Source of the DNA: an uncultured bacterium
Lineage (GTDB): Bacteria; Desulfobacterota_D; UBA1144; Nemesobacterales; UBA2774
NCBI GenBank assembly: GCA_963825135.1
Contig: CAWGRW010000009.1
Location: 2,496,001-2,560,000 of the forward strand
Length of the DNA stretch: 64,000 nt
Direction: 5' to 3'
This document shows, in pieces, positions 11,950-23,202 of this stretch (within the stretch, counting starts at the first letter, position 1; the number at the start of each line of letters is the position of its first letter). The notes beneath the pieces are model-generated. The model did no database searches. It had not been told where the DNA came from and saw only the letters and a list, made by a program, of their open reading frames with translations. Position numbers and translations under genes: made by a program.

Positions 11950-12594
11950 CTAGTTAGATTCATCGTCGGTAAGATCGAAAACATCTGCGGAATTTGATCT
12001 GTCCGCGCCCGGTGCCTGGCTGTTCTCAGCCTGACCGCTCGGACCCTTCGATACGACTACCAGCGCCGGTCTCAGGAGCCTGTCCTTGAGCACGTATCCC
12101 CGGAGCATTTCAGAAATTATCAACCCGGGCGTAAAGTCGGGTGACTCGACCCTCTCGATAGCCTGGTGTATTCTCGGGTCGAAGTCCTCTCCCGGCTGAG
12201 CGTCCACGAACTGGACGCCGAATTTCTCAAGGCAGCTTAAGAACTGCTTGTGCACGAGCCTGACCCCTTCAATCAGAGGCTTCGGGTCGTCCTCTGTCTT
12301 CGTGTGACCCAGGGCGCGTTCCAGATTATCTATAACGTTGAGGAGCGCCTTTATAAGCTCTTCGTTACCGTAGGCGATGACGTCCGCTTTTTCTTTTGCG
12401 AGCCTCTTCTTATAGTTCTCGAAATCAGCCGCAAGCCTGACGTATTTCTGATATAGATCCTGGTAGTCATTTCCGCCGCTTCCGCGCTTTCCTTTTGATT
12501 CCGCTTCGATTTCAGTTTCATCCTCCGGATAAGCTTCCCCGTTCTCGCTCAATTCCATATCTCCTTCTTTTTCGTCGTTGTCGTTCTGATTCAT
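11950..12594 (-). CDS. grpE: Nucleotide exchange factor GrpE
   Basis: RLAADFENYKKR, FDPRIHQAI, GYVLKDRLLRPALVVV; start placed after CAGGAGG RBS. Confidence 0.95.
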   Translation of the reverse strand: MNQNDNDEKEGDMELSENGEAYPEDETEIEAESKGKRGSGGNDYQDLYQKYVRLAADFENYKKRLAKEKADVIAYGNEELIKALLNVIDNLERALGHTKTEDDPKPLIEGVRLVHKQFLSCLEKFGVQFVDAQPGEDFDPRIHQAIERVESPDFTPGLIISEMLRGYVLKDRLLRPALVVVSKGPSGQAENSQAPGADRSNSADVFDLTDDESN

Positions 12595-12728
12595 ATTTAC
12601 CTCCTGCATTCAATTAACCGGCAACCGGGCATAATTCCATGTAATTATAGCGCTTATATAATGCGTCAGCGTATAACGCTAAACTTATGTCGTGCGGTAG
12701 AGGGCTGTGATTCTAAATCCTTATGCAA

Positions 12729-12757
12729 AATATAATAATCCTTCGATAATTTGTCAA
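12729..12757 (-). promoter_or_regulatory. Sigma70-type promoter for grpE-dnaK-dnaJ
   Basis: TTGACA-N17-TATATT on the minus strand upstream of grpE. Confidence 0.6.
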
Positions 12758-12804
12758 CGTAAACGCACCCTCTATTAAACGCTGTCATATCACCCGGCCG
12801 CCGG

Positions 12805-13731
12805 TCAGCGTATCATATTATACGCGATCCCCTCAAGAAGCCCGGAGTCGCTGACGACCATCGCTGAGGACCCAAACCTGTCCATCGTCTTGAGCACTAT
12901 GATTATGCCGGAAATGATGAGGTCCTCTCTCCCCTTTTCGAGGCCCGGGACGGTTACACGTTCGGGTTTAGGGATTTTCATGAGCCGATTGAAGGTACGC
13001 TCGGCCATTTCACGCGTCAGGGTGAAATTGTTTACGAGGGCCGGGTCGTATCGGGTCAAACGAAGCTCTATCGAGGCTAGCGTCGTGGGGGTTCCGGCGG
13101 TGCCTATGAGAGTAAGGTCTCTTCCGCCCGCTGCGGGGAACGAGGAAAGGCCTTCCGTGATCGCCTCGCCGATGTGCCTGCCGAGCGCCGCGATGTCGGA
13201 GTCCGTGTCGGTGTCGTTGCCGAGGTATTGTTCAGTGAGTCGTACGACCCCGAGGCCCGTGCTCGTAATGTCTGTTATCACTCCCTCTTTCACGTAAACG
13301 TATTCGGTGCTCCCGCCGCCTATGTCGAATATAAGGCAGTCGGGTGTATGGTATTTCACCGATCTGAGCGCTCCCGCGACCGTAAGCCTCGCTTCTTCGT
13401 CGCCTGAAATTACCTCTACCGGAATGCCCGTTTCCTCCCTGACCCTCTTTACGAACTCCCGGCCGTTCGCGGATTCTCTCACCGCGCTCGTGGCAACGGC
13501 TCTCAGCTCTCCGACTCCGTATTCTTTAATTTTGAGGGAGAAGCCGGAGAGCGCTTTCAAAGACCTATCTATGGCGTTCGGATTTATGAGCATCCTGCCG
13601 GGCGAGAGCCCTTCCCCGAGCCGCGTTATCTCGCGCGCTATATAGAGCTTTTTAAGGGAATTCCCGTGATCGGGCTCCGAGACCAGAAGCCTGAAGGTGT
13701 TCGTGCCTATGTCTATAGATGCTATTCGCAC
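12805..13731 (-). CDS. ppx: Ppx/GppA exopolyphosphatase (short form)
   Basis: IDIGTNT, ATSAVR, ISGDEEA, DIGGGSTE, GLLEG. Confidence 0.92.
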   Translation of the reverse strand: MRIASIDIGTNTFRLLVSEPDHGNSLKKLYIAREITRLGEGLSPGRMLINPNAIDRSLKALSGFSLKIKEYGVGELRAVATSAVRESANGREFVKRVREETGIPVEVISGDEEARLTVAGALRSVKYHTPDCLIFDIGGGSTEYVYVKEGVITDITSTGLGVVRLTEQYLGNDTDTDSDIAALGRHIGEAITEGLSSFPAAGGRDLTLIGTAGTPTTLASIELRLTRYDPALVNNFTLTREMAERTFNRLMKIPKPERVTVPGLEKGREDLIISGIIIVLKTMDRFGSSAMVVSDSGLLEGIAYNMIR

Positions 13732-13924
13732 TTTGCAGTCTCTCGTGAAGGAGATTTAATACCGTCCCCCCCGATCCGCGTGGACACTATAATGATATAC
13801 CAGATTTATAAAGGAATGAAAGGGCAAACGCAAGCAAACTTAAAGAACTTGTGTAGAAAAGGTAAACCTTTATATGTCCCGCCGCATGCTTTCGGGGACT
13901 ATGTTTAGATCCGTAGTCCCTGCA

Positions 13925-16006
13925 TCAGTGCTCCTGAGCGGCTTTGGAGCCGCCCGCTTCTTCTATTATCTTCGCCGTGAGATGATCGGGGACCTCTTCG
14001 TAATGAGAAAAATCCATGGTGAACGTGCCCCGGCCGCTGGTGACGGATCTGAGCTCGGGCGCATAGGTGAGGACCTCGGCCATCGGGATGAGCGCCCTTA
14101 TCACGTGGGTCCCGGCAAGGGAATCCACCCCGGAGACCTTGCCCCTTCTCGAGTTTACGTCCCCTATTACGTCGCCCATGCATTCGTCAGGGACCGATAT
14201 GTCCATCTTCATGACCGGCTCGAGTATTACGGGTTTCGCCCCTTCCATCGCCTTCCTGAAACCCATGGAGCCCGCTATCTGAAAGGCGATGTCCGACGAG
14301 TCGACAGGATGGTACTTGCCGTCGAAGAGACTGACCTTCATGTCCACTACCGGATAGCCCGCGGCCACGCCCTTCTTCATCGCCTCTATGACCCCCTTTT
14401 CCACCGAGGGTATGAAGTTCTTGGGTATGACGCCCCCGACTATGTTATTTACGAATTCGAATCCCTTGCCCCTGGGCAGCGCCTCGACTTCGAGCCACGC
14501 GTCTCCGTACTGCCCCCTTCCGCCCGTCTGCTTGATGTATTTACCCTCAGCCTTGGCTTTACCCCTGACGGTCTCTTTGTAGGGCACCCGGGGCTTCTTC
14601 AGCTCTACGTTGACCCCGTATACGTCCCTGAGCTTGTGTACGATTACCTCGACGTGGGACTGCCCGGTTCCCGAAAGAAGGAATTCCTTTGTCTCTTCGT
14701 CGAGTCTGTAATGTATGGTCGGGTCTTCTTCAGCGATCCTGGCGAGGGACGGGTTCAGCTTGTCTTCGTCGTTTCGGGTCTTGGGCTCGATTGCGTAGGA
14801 GAGCACCGCCGCCGGAAGCTCTACCGGAGGGATGACGAGCTGGTGGGCCTCGTCCGTGAGCGTATCCCCCGTGGACGCGTCCTTGAGCTTGTTGACAGCG
14901 ACTATGTCGCCGCACGATGCCGGGCTGTAGGGGTATTCCTTTTTGCCGACGAGCCTGTGGAGATGCCCGAGCTTTTCCTTGACCCTCTTGCTGGCGTTGT
15001 ATATGCTCGAGTCCCCGTTGAGCGATCCCGAATACACCCTGAATATCGATATCTTGCCCGCGTAGGGGTCGGATACGGTCTTGAAAATGTACGCCGTGAA
15101 GGGCTCTTTTTCATCCGGCTTCCTCTCCGCTTTCTCGCCCACCGGGTTTAGTCCTTCGATGGTTTTTCTCTCAACCGGAGACGGGAGGTATTTCGCTACC
15201 GCGTCGCTGAGCACGTTTATCCCCACCATGTGGGTCGCGGAGCCGATGAACACGGGGAATATCTTCGCTCCGAGTATCCCTTCATGGAGCATCCCGATTA
15301 TCTTTCCCTCGTCGATGGCCTCTCCTTCGAGATATTTCTCAAGGAGCTCGTCGTCGAGCTCCGCGATCGATTCCAGCACCTTCTCCCTCTGGGACCCGGC
15401 TTCTTCTTTCATATCCTCCGGGATCGGAATCTCCTCGTAATTCGCGCCGCCTCCGTATTTATAGGCCTTCATTTCGATAACGTCTATGACGCCCTTGAAA
15501 TCGTGGTGCTGGCCTATGGGGAATGTGAGCGGGAGGAGCTTTACCTTGAGCTCTTTCGATAAACTGCCGAGAGTCGCGTCGAGGCTCGTGTTTTCCCTGT
15601 CGAGTTTATTTATGAAAATTATCTTCGGCAGGTCGCCCGTCATGTCCCAATATTTCCGGACCTGAACGGCGACGTCGCCGCCCACGGCGCCGACCACTAT
15701 GACCGCGCCGTCCACTACTCTTAATGCGTTTTCAGTTTCGTATAAAAAATTTAGAAATCCGGGTGTGTCTATCAGGTTTATGAGGTGGGTTTTGGTTTCG
15801 AAGAACGCTACGTGGGAATTTATAGACATCCTCCGGTGTTTCTCTTCGGATTCGTAATCCAGCACGGAGCTGCCGTCGTCGACTTTTCCCTGTTTATCGG
15901 TGGCTCCGTTGAGGAATAAGAGCGCTTCGGCCAGAGATGTTTTACCTGCGCCGTGGGGAGCAACGAGCGCAATATTCCTTACGCTTTCCCGACCATACTC
16001 CTTCAT
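13925..16006 (-). CDS. fusA: Elongation factor G paralog (EF-G II type)
   Basis: Five-domain EF-G; G1 APHGAGKT, G2 RMSI instead of RGITI, DTPG, NKLD, KQTGGRGQYG; outside an str operon. Confidence 0.9.
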   Translation of the reverse strand: MKEYGRESVRNIALVAPHGAGKTSLAEALLFLNGATDKQGKVDDGSSVLDYESEEKHRRMSINSHVAFFETKTHLINLIDTPGFLNFLYETENALRVVDGAVIVVGAVGGDVAVQVRKYWDMTGDLPKIIFINKLDRENTSLDATLGSLSKELKVKLLPLTFPIGQHHDFKGVIDVIEMKAYKYGGGANYEEIPIPEDMKEEAGSQREKVLESIAELDDELLEKYLEGEAIDEGKIIGMLHEGILGAKIFPVFIGSATHMVGINVLSDAVAKYLPSPVERKTIEGLNPVGEKAERKPDEKEPFTAYIFKTVSDPYAGKISIFRVYSGSLNGDSSIYNASKRVKEKLGHLHRLVGKKEYPYSPASCGDIVAVNKLKDASTGDTLTDEAHQLVIPPVELPAAVLSYAIEPKTRNDEDKLNPSLARIAEEDPTIHYRLDEETKEFLLSGTGQSHVEVIVHKLRDVYGVNVELKKPRVPYKETVRGKAKAEGKYIKQTGGRGQYGDAWLEVEALPRGKGFEFVNNIVGGVIPKNFIPSVEKGVIEAMKKGVAAGYPVVDMKVSLFDGKYHPVDSSDIAFQIAGSMGFRKAMEGAKPVILEPVMKMDISVPDECMGDVIGDVNSRRGKVSGVDSLAGTHVIRALIPMAEVLTYAPELRSVTSGRGTFTMDFSHYEEVPDHLTAKIIEEAGGSKAAQEH

Positions 16007-16125
16007 GGAAGATTACCTCCGTAGTCTGTCGTTGACAAAAATACTCATAGAAGCCCTTTGTCGTCTCTCCTCAGTAAATAATGTTCCCTAAAGCTGATGG
16101 CTTATTGATTCCCAGGTCGACGGCC

Positions 16126-16329
16126 CTAGTTCTTGGCGTACTTTCTTCTGAACCTTTCGACCCTGCCCTTGGACTCGGCCGCCCTTTCTTTCCCCGTGTA
16201 GAATGGATGACAGTTGGAGCAGACCTCTACCGTGAAGTCATTAAAACGCGTGGACTTGGTTTTATATTGGGTGCCGCAGGAACAGCTTATGGTGACCTCT
16301 TTATACTCCGGATGGATTCCAGCTTTCAT
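16126..16329 (-). CDS. rpmE: 50S ribosomal protein L31 (Zn-binding type A)
   Basis: [12 protein letters not shown]...[16 protein letters not shown]. Confidence 0.97.
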   Translation of the reverse strand: MKAGIHPEYKEVTISCSCGTQYKTKSTRFNDFTVEVCSNCHPFYTGKERAAESKGRVERFRRKYAKN

Positions 16330-16452
16330 TGAAAATGCCTCCTTGTATGCCGGCAATGTATATTTTTGTTGATAAGACCCCCCACCCCTTAATATTAAAT
16401 TAACATTTAAAAACTAAGTGGGCAAGAGCGGACTCGAGTCTCGCGGGTAAAT

Positions 16453-16480
16453 AAAAAGGCGGCATACGGCCGCCTTTTTT
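16453..16480. terminator. Bidirectional intrinsic terminator downstream of dnaK2
   Basis: AAAAAGGCGGC-ATACG-GCCGCCTTTTTT. Confidence 0.8.
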
Positions 16481-16511
16481 GTCGTTTCAATTGCCAATTT
16501 CTCTGCTGGTC

Positions 16512-18458
16512 TTATTTTTCAGTGAATTCGGCGTCTATTACGTCGTCGCCGTCCTTGCCGCCGTCCCCTTCCTTGCCGCTCTCGTCTTCCGGCGCCTGCC
16601 CCGAGCCGTCCTGTCCGGCGCTGGTCTCCTGCGCCCCCGCCTCGCCCTGGGACTGCTGCTTGTACATGAGCTCGGCCAGCTTGTGGGAAGCCTGGGTTAT
16701 CTTTTCCGTGGAGGATTCGATCTCGCCGGGGTCGCTGCCCTTTACGGCTTTGCGGCCCTGCTCGAGGGCCTCTTCGAGGTCCTTCTTATCGCCCTCCGGG
16801 AGCTTCCCTTCGAATTCCTTAAAGCTCTTTTCCGTCCTGTAGATAAGCTCGTCGAGCTTGTTCTTCTTCTCCACGAGCTCGTGACGTTTCCTGTCGTCCT
16901 CGGATTTCTCCTCGGCGTCCCTGATCATCTTGTCCACCTCGTCCTTGGAGAGTCCGCTCGAGGCCTCGACCCTTATCTTCTGCTCCTTCTGACTGGCCAG
17001 GTCCTTCGCGGAAACGTGGAGTATCCCGTCGGCGTCTATATCAAACGCGACTTCCACCTGAGGGATGCCCCTCGCGGACGGCGGTATGCCGTCGAGTATG
17101 AACCTCGCGAGCGTCCTGTTGTCGGCCGACATCTGCCGCTCTCCCTGGAGCACGTGGATTTCGACGGACGTCTGATTGTCCTCCGCGGTCGTGAACACCT
17201 GGCTTTTCTTTGTCGGTATCGTCGTATTCCTTTCGATTATCTTCGTCATGACTCCGCCCAGCGTCTCGATTCCGAGCGAAAGCGGCGTTACGTCGAGCAG
17301 CAGGACGTCCCTTACCTCGCCGCCGAGCACGGCTCCCTGAATGGCCGCTCCCATAGCCACGACCTCGTCCGGGTTAATCCCCTTGTGAGGCTCCTTGCCG
17401 AAGAAATCGGTGACTACCTTTTGGACGAGCGGTATTCTGGTCGATCCTCCGACGAGAATCACTTCGTCTATGTCGCCCGCCTTGACCCCCGCGTCCTTGA
17501 GCGCCTGACGGCAGGGCTCGAGCGTGCCCTTCACCTTCTCATCGATGAGCTGCTCGAACTTGGAACGCGTAATCTTCATAACGAGGTGCTTGGGCCCGGA
17601 GGCGTCGGCCGTGATGAACGGCAGGTTGATCTCTGTTTCGAGCGTATTGGAGAGCTCGATCTTCGCCTTCTCCGATTCCTGTCTCAGCCTCTGAAGGGCC
17701 ATCTTGTCGTTGCCTAGGTCTATGCCGGATTCCTTCTTGAATTCGCTGATTATGTAGTCCATTATCAGCCTGTCGAAATCGTCACCGCCCAGGTGAGTGT
17801 CGCCGTTGGTGGATTTGACCTCGATTACGTTGTCGCCCACTTCGAGAATGGATATGTCGAACGTGCCTCCGCCCAGGTCGTATACCGCGATCGTGCCCTC
17901 GCCCTTCTTGTCGAACCCGTACGACAGGGCCGCAGCCGTGGGCTCGTTGATTATCCTCTTCACTTCAAGGCCCGCGATTTTACCCGCGTCCTTGGTCGCC
18001 TGCCTCTGGCTGTCGTTGAAATAAGCGGGGACCGTGATCACGGCCTCCTTTATTTCGCCCCCGACGTAGTCCTCGGCCGCCTTTTTCAGTTTCATCAGGA
18101 CGTGGGAGGAAATCTGCGGCGGGGAATACTGCTTCCCCATAGCCTCCACCCATGCGTCGTCGTTTTTAGTCTTTACCATTTTGTACGGGAGTCTCTTGGC
18201 TTCGCCCTCGACTTCCTCGTAGCGCCTCCCCATGAGTCTCTTCACGGAGAATATCGTGTTTTCCGGATTGACGACCGCCTGCCTCTTCGCGGGACCTCCC
18301 ACGAGGATGTCGCCGTCCTTGGTAAAAGCCACGATCGACGGTGTGATGCGAGCTCCCTCTTCGTTTATGATTACCTTCGGTTCTCCGCCTTCGACTATAG
18401 CCACCACCGAGTTCGTAGTTCCGAGGTCGATTCCGATTATCTTGCCGCTTTTCGCCAT
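16512..18458 (-). CDS. dnaK: Hsp70 DnaK, canonical paralog 2
   Basis: [29 protein letters not shown], acidic tail [10 protein letters not shown]. Confidence 0.97.
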   Translation of the reverse strand: MAKSGKIIGIDLGTTNSVVAIVEGGEPKVIINEEGARITPSIVAFTKDGDILVGGPAKRQAVVNPENTIFSVKRLMGRRYEEVEGEAKRLPYKMVKTKNDDAWVEAMGKQYSPPQISSHVLMKLKKAAEDYVGGEIKEAVITVPAYFNDSQRQATKDAGKIAGLEVKRIINEPTAAALSYGFDKKGEGTIAVYDLGGGTFDISILEVGDNVIEVKSTNGDTHLGGDDFDRLIMDYIISEFKKESGIDLGNDKMALQRLRQESEKAKIELSNTLETEINLPFITADASGPKHLVMKITRSKFEQLIDEKVKGTLEPCRQALKDAGVKAGDIDEVILVGGSTRIPLVQKVVTDFFGKEPHKGINPDEVVAMGAAIQGAVLGGEVRDVLLLDVTPLSLGIETLGGVMTKIIERNTTIPTKKSQVFTTAEDNQTSVEIHVLQGERQMSADNRTLARFILDGIPPSARGIPQVEVAFDIDADGILHVSAKDLASQKEQKIRVEASSGLSKDEVDKMIRDAEEKSEDDRKRHELVEKKNKLDELIYRTEKSFKEFEGKLPEGDKKDLEEALEQGRKAVKGSDPGEIESSTEKITQASHKLAELMYKQQSQGEAGAQETSAGQDGSGQAPEDESGKEGDGGKDGDDVIDAEFTEK

Positions 18459-18486
18459 TTTCCTGGCCTCCTGATCGTTATATTCT

Positions 18487-19344
18487 TTATGACTTACCCT
18501 GAGTGACCGTCGTTTCGACCTCGCCTCTCAGCTTTTTGAGCGCCTGAACCTCAATCTGCCTGACCCTTTCCTTGGATATGCCCAGCTCATCGCCGAGCTC
18601 CCTCAGCTTGCCCTGCGGCATGGAGAGATACCTGCTCTCTATCACGCGCTTCTCGCGGGGCGTCAGTTTCTTTAATCCGGCCTTAAGACCTTCCCTTGCC
18701 AGTCCGGACTCCTCAATGGATTCGAGCACCTCTTCCTGGTTGGAACCCGAGTCCGAAACGGTATCGAGATACGTTATCGATTCGTCTTCATTTACTGTCG
18801 TATCCAGAGAGAAGTCTCTCGATGCCGTCCTGAATTCCATGTTTATCACGTCTTTGTCTCTGACGCCGAACACCTCGGCGACCCTCCGGATATCGGAATC
18901 GCTCATGTCGTCGTGCCTGATATTAAGGTTCTTCTTGGCCCTTCCGATTTTATGGAACAGCTTCCTCTCCGCCTGAGTGGTGCCTATCTTGACCTGGCTC
19001 CAGAATTGCATGATGTGGTTCTGAATCCTGGCCCTTATCCACCATACTGCGTACGAGATCAGCCTGTAGCCTTTGTAAGGGTTGAATTTTTTAACAGCGT
19101 TCATGAGCCCGATAGTGCCTTCCTGTACGAGATCGCCAAGAGGGAACCCGTAGGAGATATACTCGGACGCTATCTTAATTACGAACCTGAGGTTGGATAC
19201 AATAAGCTTGTTGGCCGCTTCCAGGTCGTTTTCCTCGTAATATCTGACAGCGAGGCTGTATTCTTCTTCCTTGCTTAGAACCGGGTATTTATCTACTTCC
19301 TTTAAAAAAATACCCATCGGCTCTCTTATAGCTACCGCCTTCAT
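18487..19344 (-). CDS. rpoH: RpoH (sigma-32)-family sigma factor
   Basis: [44 protein letters not shown] (RpoH-box region), SKERVRQIE. Confidence 0.85.
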   Translation of the reverse strand: MKAVAIREPMGIFLKEVDKYPVLSKEEEYSLAVRYYEENDLEAANKLIVSNLRFVIKIASEYISYGFPLGDLVQEGTIGLMNAVKKFNPYKGYRLISYAVWWIRARIQNHIMQFWSQVKIGTTQAERKLFHKIGRAKKNLNIRHDDMSDSDIRRVAEVFGVRDKDVINMEFRTASRDFSLDTTVNEDESITYLDTVSDSGSNQEEVLESIEESGLAREGLKAGLKKLTPREKRVIESRYLSMPQGKLRELGDELGISKERVRQIEVQALKKLRGEVETTVTQGKS

Positions 19345-19539
19345 AAGTTATAAAACCTCCTTTTTCAAAACTAATCATCATCGGGGAAATGTCAAGGGGG
19401 CCGATCTTCGGACCGATAAATATATTATCTCAATTATGGAAGATAGTTAGAGTGTAATTATTGATGTTTTTCTTAAAATTATCCGGGTGTCGGGGACATG
19501 TGTACCCCCACCCGGCCTGCCGCGAGTCCCGGACTGCGG

Positions 19540-20706
19540 TCAGCCGGCCTGAGCGGCCTCGACGACTCTCCCCGCCGCTTCCCTCATATCCCCGCCGGTG
19601 ATTATGTTGAGTCCTGATTCCGACAGCATTTTCCGTCCGAGCTCCACGTTCGTCCCCTCGAGTCTGACTACCAGCGGGACGCTTATGCCTACCTCTTTCG
19701 CGGCCGCGATTATACCCTCGGCTATAGTATCGCATTTCATTATGCCGCCGAATATGTTCACGAATATGGCCTTTACGTTCGGGTCGCTCAGTATCATCTT
19801 GAACGCCTGTGTTACCTGCTCGGTATTCGCCCCTCCGCCGACGTCGAGGAAGTTTGCGGGCTCCCCCCCGTGGTGCTTGATTATATCCATCGTGGACATG
19901 GCGAGGCCTGCGCCGTTCACGAGGCAGCCAATGTTGCCGTCGAGCTTAACGTAGCTTATTCCCCACTTCTTGGCCTCGAGCTCGGTCGGGTCCTCCTCTG
20001 AAGGGTCGTGGAGCTTTTCGATGTCCGGGTGCCTGAAAAGGGCGTTGTCGTCGAAGTTCATCTTCGCGTCAAGCGCCAGCACTTCCCCGCTCTTCGTCAG
20101 TATGAGGGGGTTAATCTCCGCGAGAGAGCAGTCCTTTTCGGTGAATAACTGGTAGAGGCCGGATATGAATTTCACGGCCTTGTTGACGGTCTTGCCTTCG
20201 AGTCCCAGGAAATAGGCGATTTTTCTACACTGATAGGGAAGGAGCCCGACGGTGGGGTCTACGTATTCCCTCGTTATTTTTGAGGGGCTTTTCCTTGCCA
20301 CCTCTTCGATCTCCATGCCGCCCTCGCGGCTCGCCATGACGACTATCTGCTCCTTTGACCTGTCGATGACCATGCCGAGATAAAATTCCTTCTCTATATC
20401 GGAGGCCTCTTCCACGAGCACCTTCTGTACGAGCTTGCCCTCGGGGCCCGTCTGATGGGTCACGAGTATCATGCCCAGTATCTCGGACGCAATCCGCTTA
20501 ACCTCTTCGAGAGAGCTTGCGAGCTTGACACCCCCGCCCTTACCCCTCCCCCCGGCGTGGATCTGGGCCTTTATGACGACCTTCTCTACGTTGAGGTCCT
20601 TCGCTATCTGGTGCGCTTCGTCGTGGTGGAAAGCGACCTTTCCGGTGGGCGTGGGTACTCCGTACTGGGAAAGAAGCTCCTTGGCCTGGTACTCGTGGAT
20701 ATTCAA
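19540..20706 (-). CDS. sucC: Succinyl-CoA synthetase beta subunit
   Basis: [44 protein letters not shown]. Confidence 0.97.
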   Translation of the reverse strand: MNIHEYQAKELLSQYGVPTPTGKVAFHHDEAHQIAKDLNVEKVVIKAQIHAGGRGKGGGVKLASSLEEVKRIASEILGMILVTHQTGPEGKLVQKVLVEEASDIEKEFYLGMVIDRSKEQIVVMASREGGMEIEEVARKSPSKITREYVDPTVGLLPYQCRKIAYFLGLEGKTVNKAVKFISGLYQLFTEKDCSLAEINPLILTKSGEVLALDAKMNFDDNALFRHPDIEKLHDPSEEDPTELEAKKWGISYVKLDGNIGCLVNGAGLAMSTMDIIKHHGGEPANFLDVGGGANTEQVTQAFKMILSDPNVKAIFVNIFGGIMKCDTIAEGIIAAAKEVGISVPLVVRLEGTNVELGRKMLSESGLNIITGGDMREAAGRVVEAAQAG

Positions 20707-20733
20707 TTTGAATCCTCCTGTGAAAGACTGAGT

Positions 20734-21474
20734 TTACTGCTTCGGGCCGCCCTTGAATTTGTCGAGAAGCCACTGAAGCGGATCGAAATACGTATCGGCA
20801 ACCCTTTCCTTCAAGGGGATGATGGCGTTATCGGTTATATGTATGTGCTCCGGGCACACTTCCGTGCAGCATTTAGTGATATTGCAGTACCCTATGCCCG
20901 CCTGGCCCCTCAGGTACTCCTTGCGGTCGAGCGTATCTAGGGGGTGCATTTCGAGCTCGGCAACTTTTATAAGCATCCTGGGGCCGATGAATTCGTTTTT
21001 CTTGTCGTGGTTTCTCAGGATGTGGCAGACGTCCTGGCAGAGGAAGCACTCGATGCACTTCCTGAACTCCTGGCCCCTCTCGACGTCTTCCTGATACATC
21101 ACCCATTTCGTGTCCTTCGCAGGAGTAAACGGGGGTATCGTTTTTCTGACCTTATAGTTCCATGAGACGTCCGTGACGAGGTCCTTGATTATCGGGAACG
21201 TTTTGACCGGGTATACGGTTACGGGCTTGTCGAGGGGGAGCGTATCGAGCCTGGTCTTGCAGGTGAGCTTCGGCATGCCGTTTATTTCCGCGCTGCAGGA
21301 GCCGCATTTGGCGGCCTTGCAGTTCCACCTCACGGCCAGGTCCCCGTCGTAATTCGCCTGAATGAAGTGGATGGCGTCAAGGACGACCATTCCCTCTTCG
21401 AGAGGGACTTCGTATTCCTTTTCCGCGCCCCCGTTCGAGTCTCCCCTGTACACACGCATTTTCACGACAGCCAT
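20734..21474 (-). CDS. sdhB: Succinate dehydrogenase/fumarate reductase Fe-S subunit
   Basis: CKAAKCGSC..C, CIECFLCQDVC and CNITKCCTEVCP cluster motifs. Confidence 0.93.
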   Translation of the reverse strand: MAVVKMRVYRGDSNGGAEKEYEVPLEEGMVVLDAIHFIQANYDGDLAVRWNCKAAKCGSCSAEINGMPKLTCKTRLDTLPLDKPVTVYPVKTFPIIKDLVTDVSWNYKVRKTIPPFTPAKDTKWVMYQEDVERGQEFRKCIECFLCQDVCHILRNHDKKNEFIGPRMLIKVAELEMHPLDTLDRKEYLRGQAGIGYCNITKCCTEVCPEHIHITDNAIIPLKERVADTYFDPLQWLLDKFKGGPKQ

Positions 21475-23202
21475 TTATTTGTGACCTCCCTCTACGATCT
21501 TCTTGAGCTCCTCGGGCATCTGGGGAAGCGGGGACGTGCCTATTTTCATGGCCCCGTTATCTTTCGAGATTACCGAATTCACATTCCCCCACTTTTCATT
21601 ATCGTATTTAGGGAAATCCACCCTGCTGTGGGCGCCCCTGCTCTCTTCCCTCTGGAGAGCGGATTTCGCAATGGCCTCGGAAACGATGAGCATGGATTTC
21701 AGGTCTTTGCAGAGGTGCCAGCCGGGATTGAACATTCGCGAGCCTTCTATCCTCAGCTGAGAGGCCCTGTCTTTGAGCACCTGTATCTCTTCGAGTCCGT
21801 CCGCGATTTTCTCTTTCGTGCGGAAGACGCCTATGTAAGTACCCATCGCCTCCTGGAGCGCCTGGTGAACCGTATAAGGGTTCTCGCCTTCTGAGTTCTC
21901 GAACGGCAGGAGCATCTCCTTCGCGGCCTTTTCGAGGTCTACGTCGTCTATTTTGAGGGCGTTGTCCCTGAGCTCGTTCGCGTACTGAGCCGCTCCGAGG
22001 CCGGCCCTCCTCCCGAATACCAGGAGGTCTGAAAGGGAGTTGCCTCCGAGCCTGTTGGCCCCGTGCATGCCTCCCGCCACTTCTCCGGCGGCGAAAAGAC
22101 CGGGCACGGTGCTCCCCGTGGTGTCGGCATCGACGCGGACCCCGCCCATCATGTAGTGAGTGGTCGGGAATACCTCCATGGGTTCTTTGGTTATATCAAT
22201 CTCCGCGAATTCCATGAACTGGTGATACATGCTCGGGAGTTTCTTCTTAACGTATTCGGCTCCCCGGTGCGAGATATCGAGGTAAGCACCGCCGTGGGGC
22301 GTGCCGCGCCCTTCCTGGACCTCGATATAAATGGACCTCGCGACTACGTCTCTCGTCGATAGCTCCATCCTCTCGGGATCGTATTTTTCCATGAACCTTT
22401 CGCCGTTCCTGTTGGTGAGTAAGCCGCCCTCGCCCCTTACGGCCTCCGTGACGAGCAGGCCCTTTACGCTCGGGGGCCATACCATCCCGGTCGGGTGGAA
22501 CTGTACGAATTCCATGTCGATGAGCTCGGCGCCGGCATCATAGGCGAGCGAGTGTCCGTCGCCCGTGTATTCCCAGGAGTTGGAAGTGACCTTATAAGAC
22601 TTCCCTATCCCGCCCGTGGCGAGGACCACGGCCTTGGTCTTGAACAGGACGAACCTGCCGCTCTCCCTCCAGTAGCCGAAGGCCCCGGATATCCTCTCGC
22701 CGTCCTTTATCAAGTGAGTAATAGTGCATTCCATGTACACGTCCATTCCGGAGTGTATGCCCCTGTCCTGGAGCGTGCGTATCATCTCGAGCCCGGTCCT
22801 GTCTCCCACGTGGGCGAGACGCTTCCACGTGTGGCCGCCGAAGGCCCTCTGCATTATCTTACCGTCTTTCGTCCTGTCGAAGAGAGCGCCCCAGTGCTCG
22901 AGCTCTCTCACGCGGTCGGGAGCCTCCTCTGCGTGGAGCTGCGCCATGCGCCAGTTATTCAGCATCTTCCCGCCGTGCATCGTGTCGTGGAAGTGGACCT
23001 TCCAGTCGTCCTTCGTGTCCACGTTCGCGAGCGCCGCCGCGACACCGCCCTCGGCCATTACCGTGTGGGCTTTGCCGAGGAGAGACTTGCAGACGAGCCC
23101 TACCGAGGCCCCCTGCGCGGATGCCTCTATGGCGGCCCTGAGACCGGCGCCTCCGGCGCCGATTACTATGACGTCGTGCGTATGTGTTTCGTACTTCTCC
23201 AT
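21475..23202 (-). CDS. sdhA: Succinate dehydrogenase/fumarate reductase flavoprotein
   Basis: GAGGAG, AHTVMAEGG FAD-His, QFHPTG, HYMMGG, HGANRLGGNSL, ESRGAH. Confidence 0.95.
   Translation of the reverse strand: MEKYETHTHDVIVIGAGGAGLRAAIEASAQGASVGLVCKSLLGKAHTVMAEGGVAAALANVDTKDDWKVHFHDTMHGGKMLNNWRMAQLHAEEAPDRVRELEHWGALFDRTKDGKIMQRAFGGHTWKRLAHVGDRTGLEMIRTLQDRGIHSGMDVYMECTITHLIKDGERISGAFGYWRESGRFVLFKTKAVVLATGGIGKSYKVTSNSWEYTGDGHSLAYDAGAELIDMEFVQFHPTGMVWPPSVKGLLVTEAVRGEGGLLTNRNGERFMEKYDPERMELSTRDVVARSIYIEVQEGRGTPHGGAYLDISHRGAEYVKKKLPSMYHQFMEFAEIDITKEPMEVFPTTHYMMGGVRVDADTTGSTVPGLFAAGEVAGGMHGANRLGGNSLSDLLVFGRRAGLGAAQYANELRDNALKIDDVDLEKAAKEMLLPFENSEGENPYTVHQALQEAMGTYIGVFRTKEKIADGLEEIQVLKDRASQLRIEGSRMFNPGWHLCKDLKSMLIVSEAIAKSALQREESRGAHSRVDFPKYDNEKWGNVNSVISKDNGAMKIGTSPLPQMPEELKKIVEGGHK

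Noticed and set aside
12610..12800. CIRCE or sigma-32 promoter before grpE
   Set aside because: No TTAGCACTC-N9-GAGTGCTAA and no CCCCAT -10; only a sigma70-like match.
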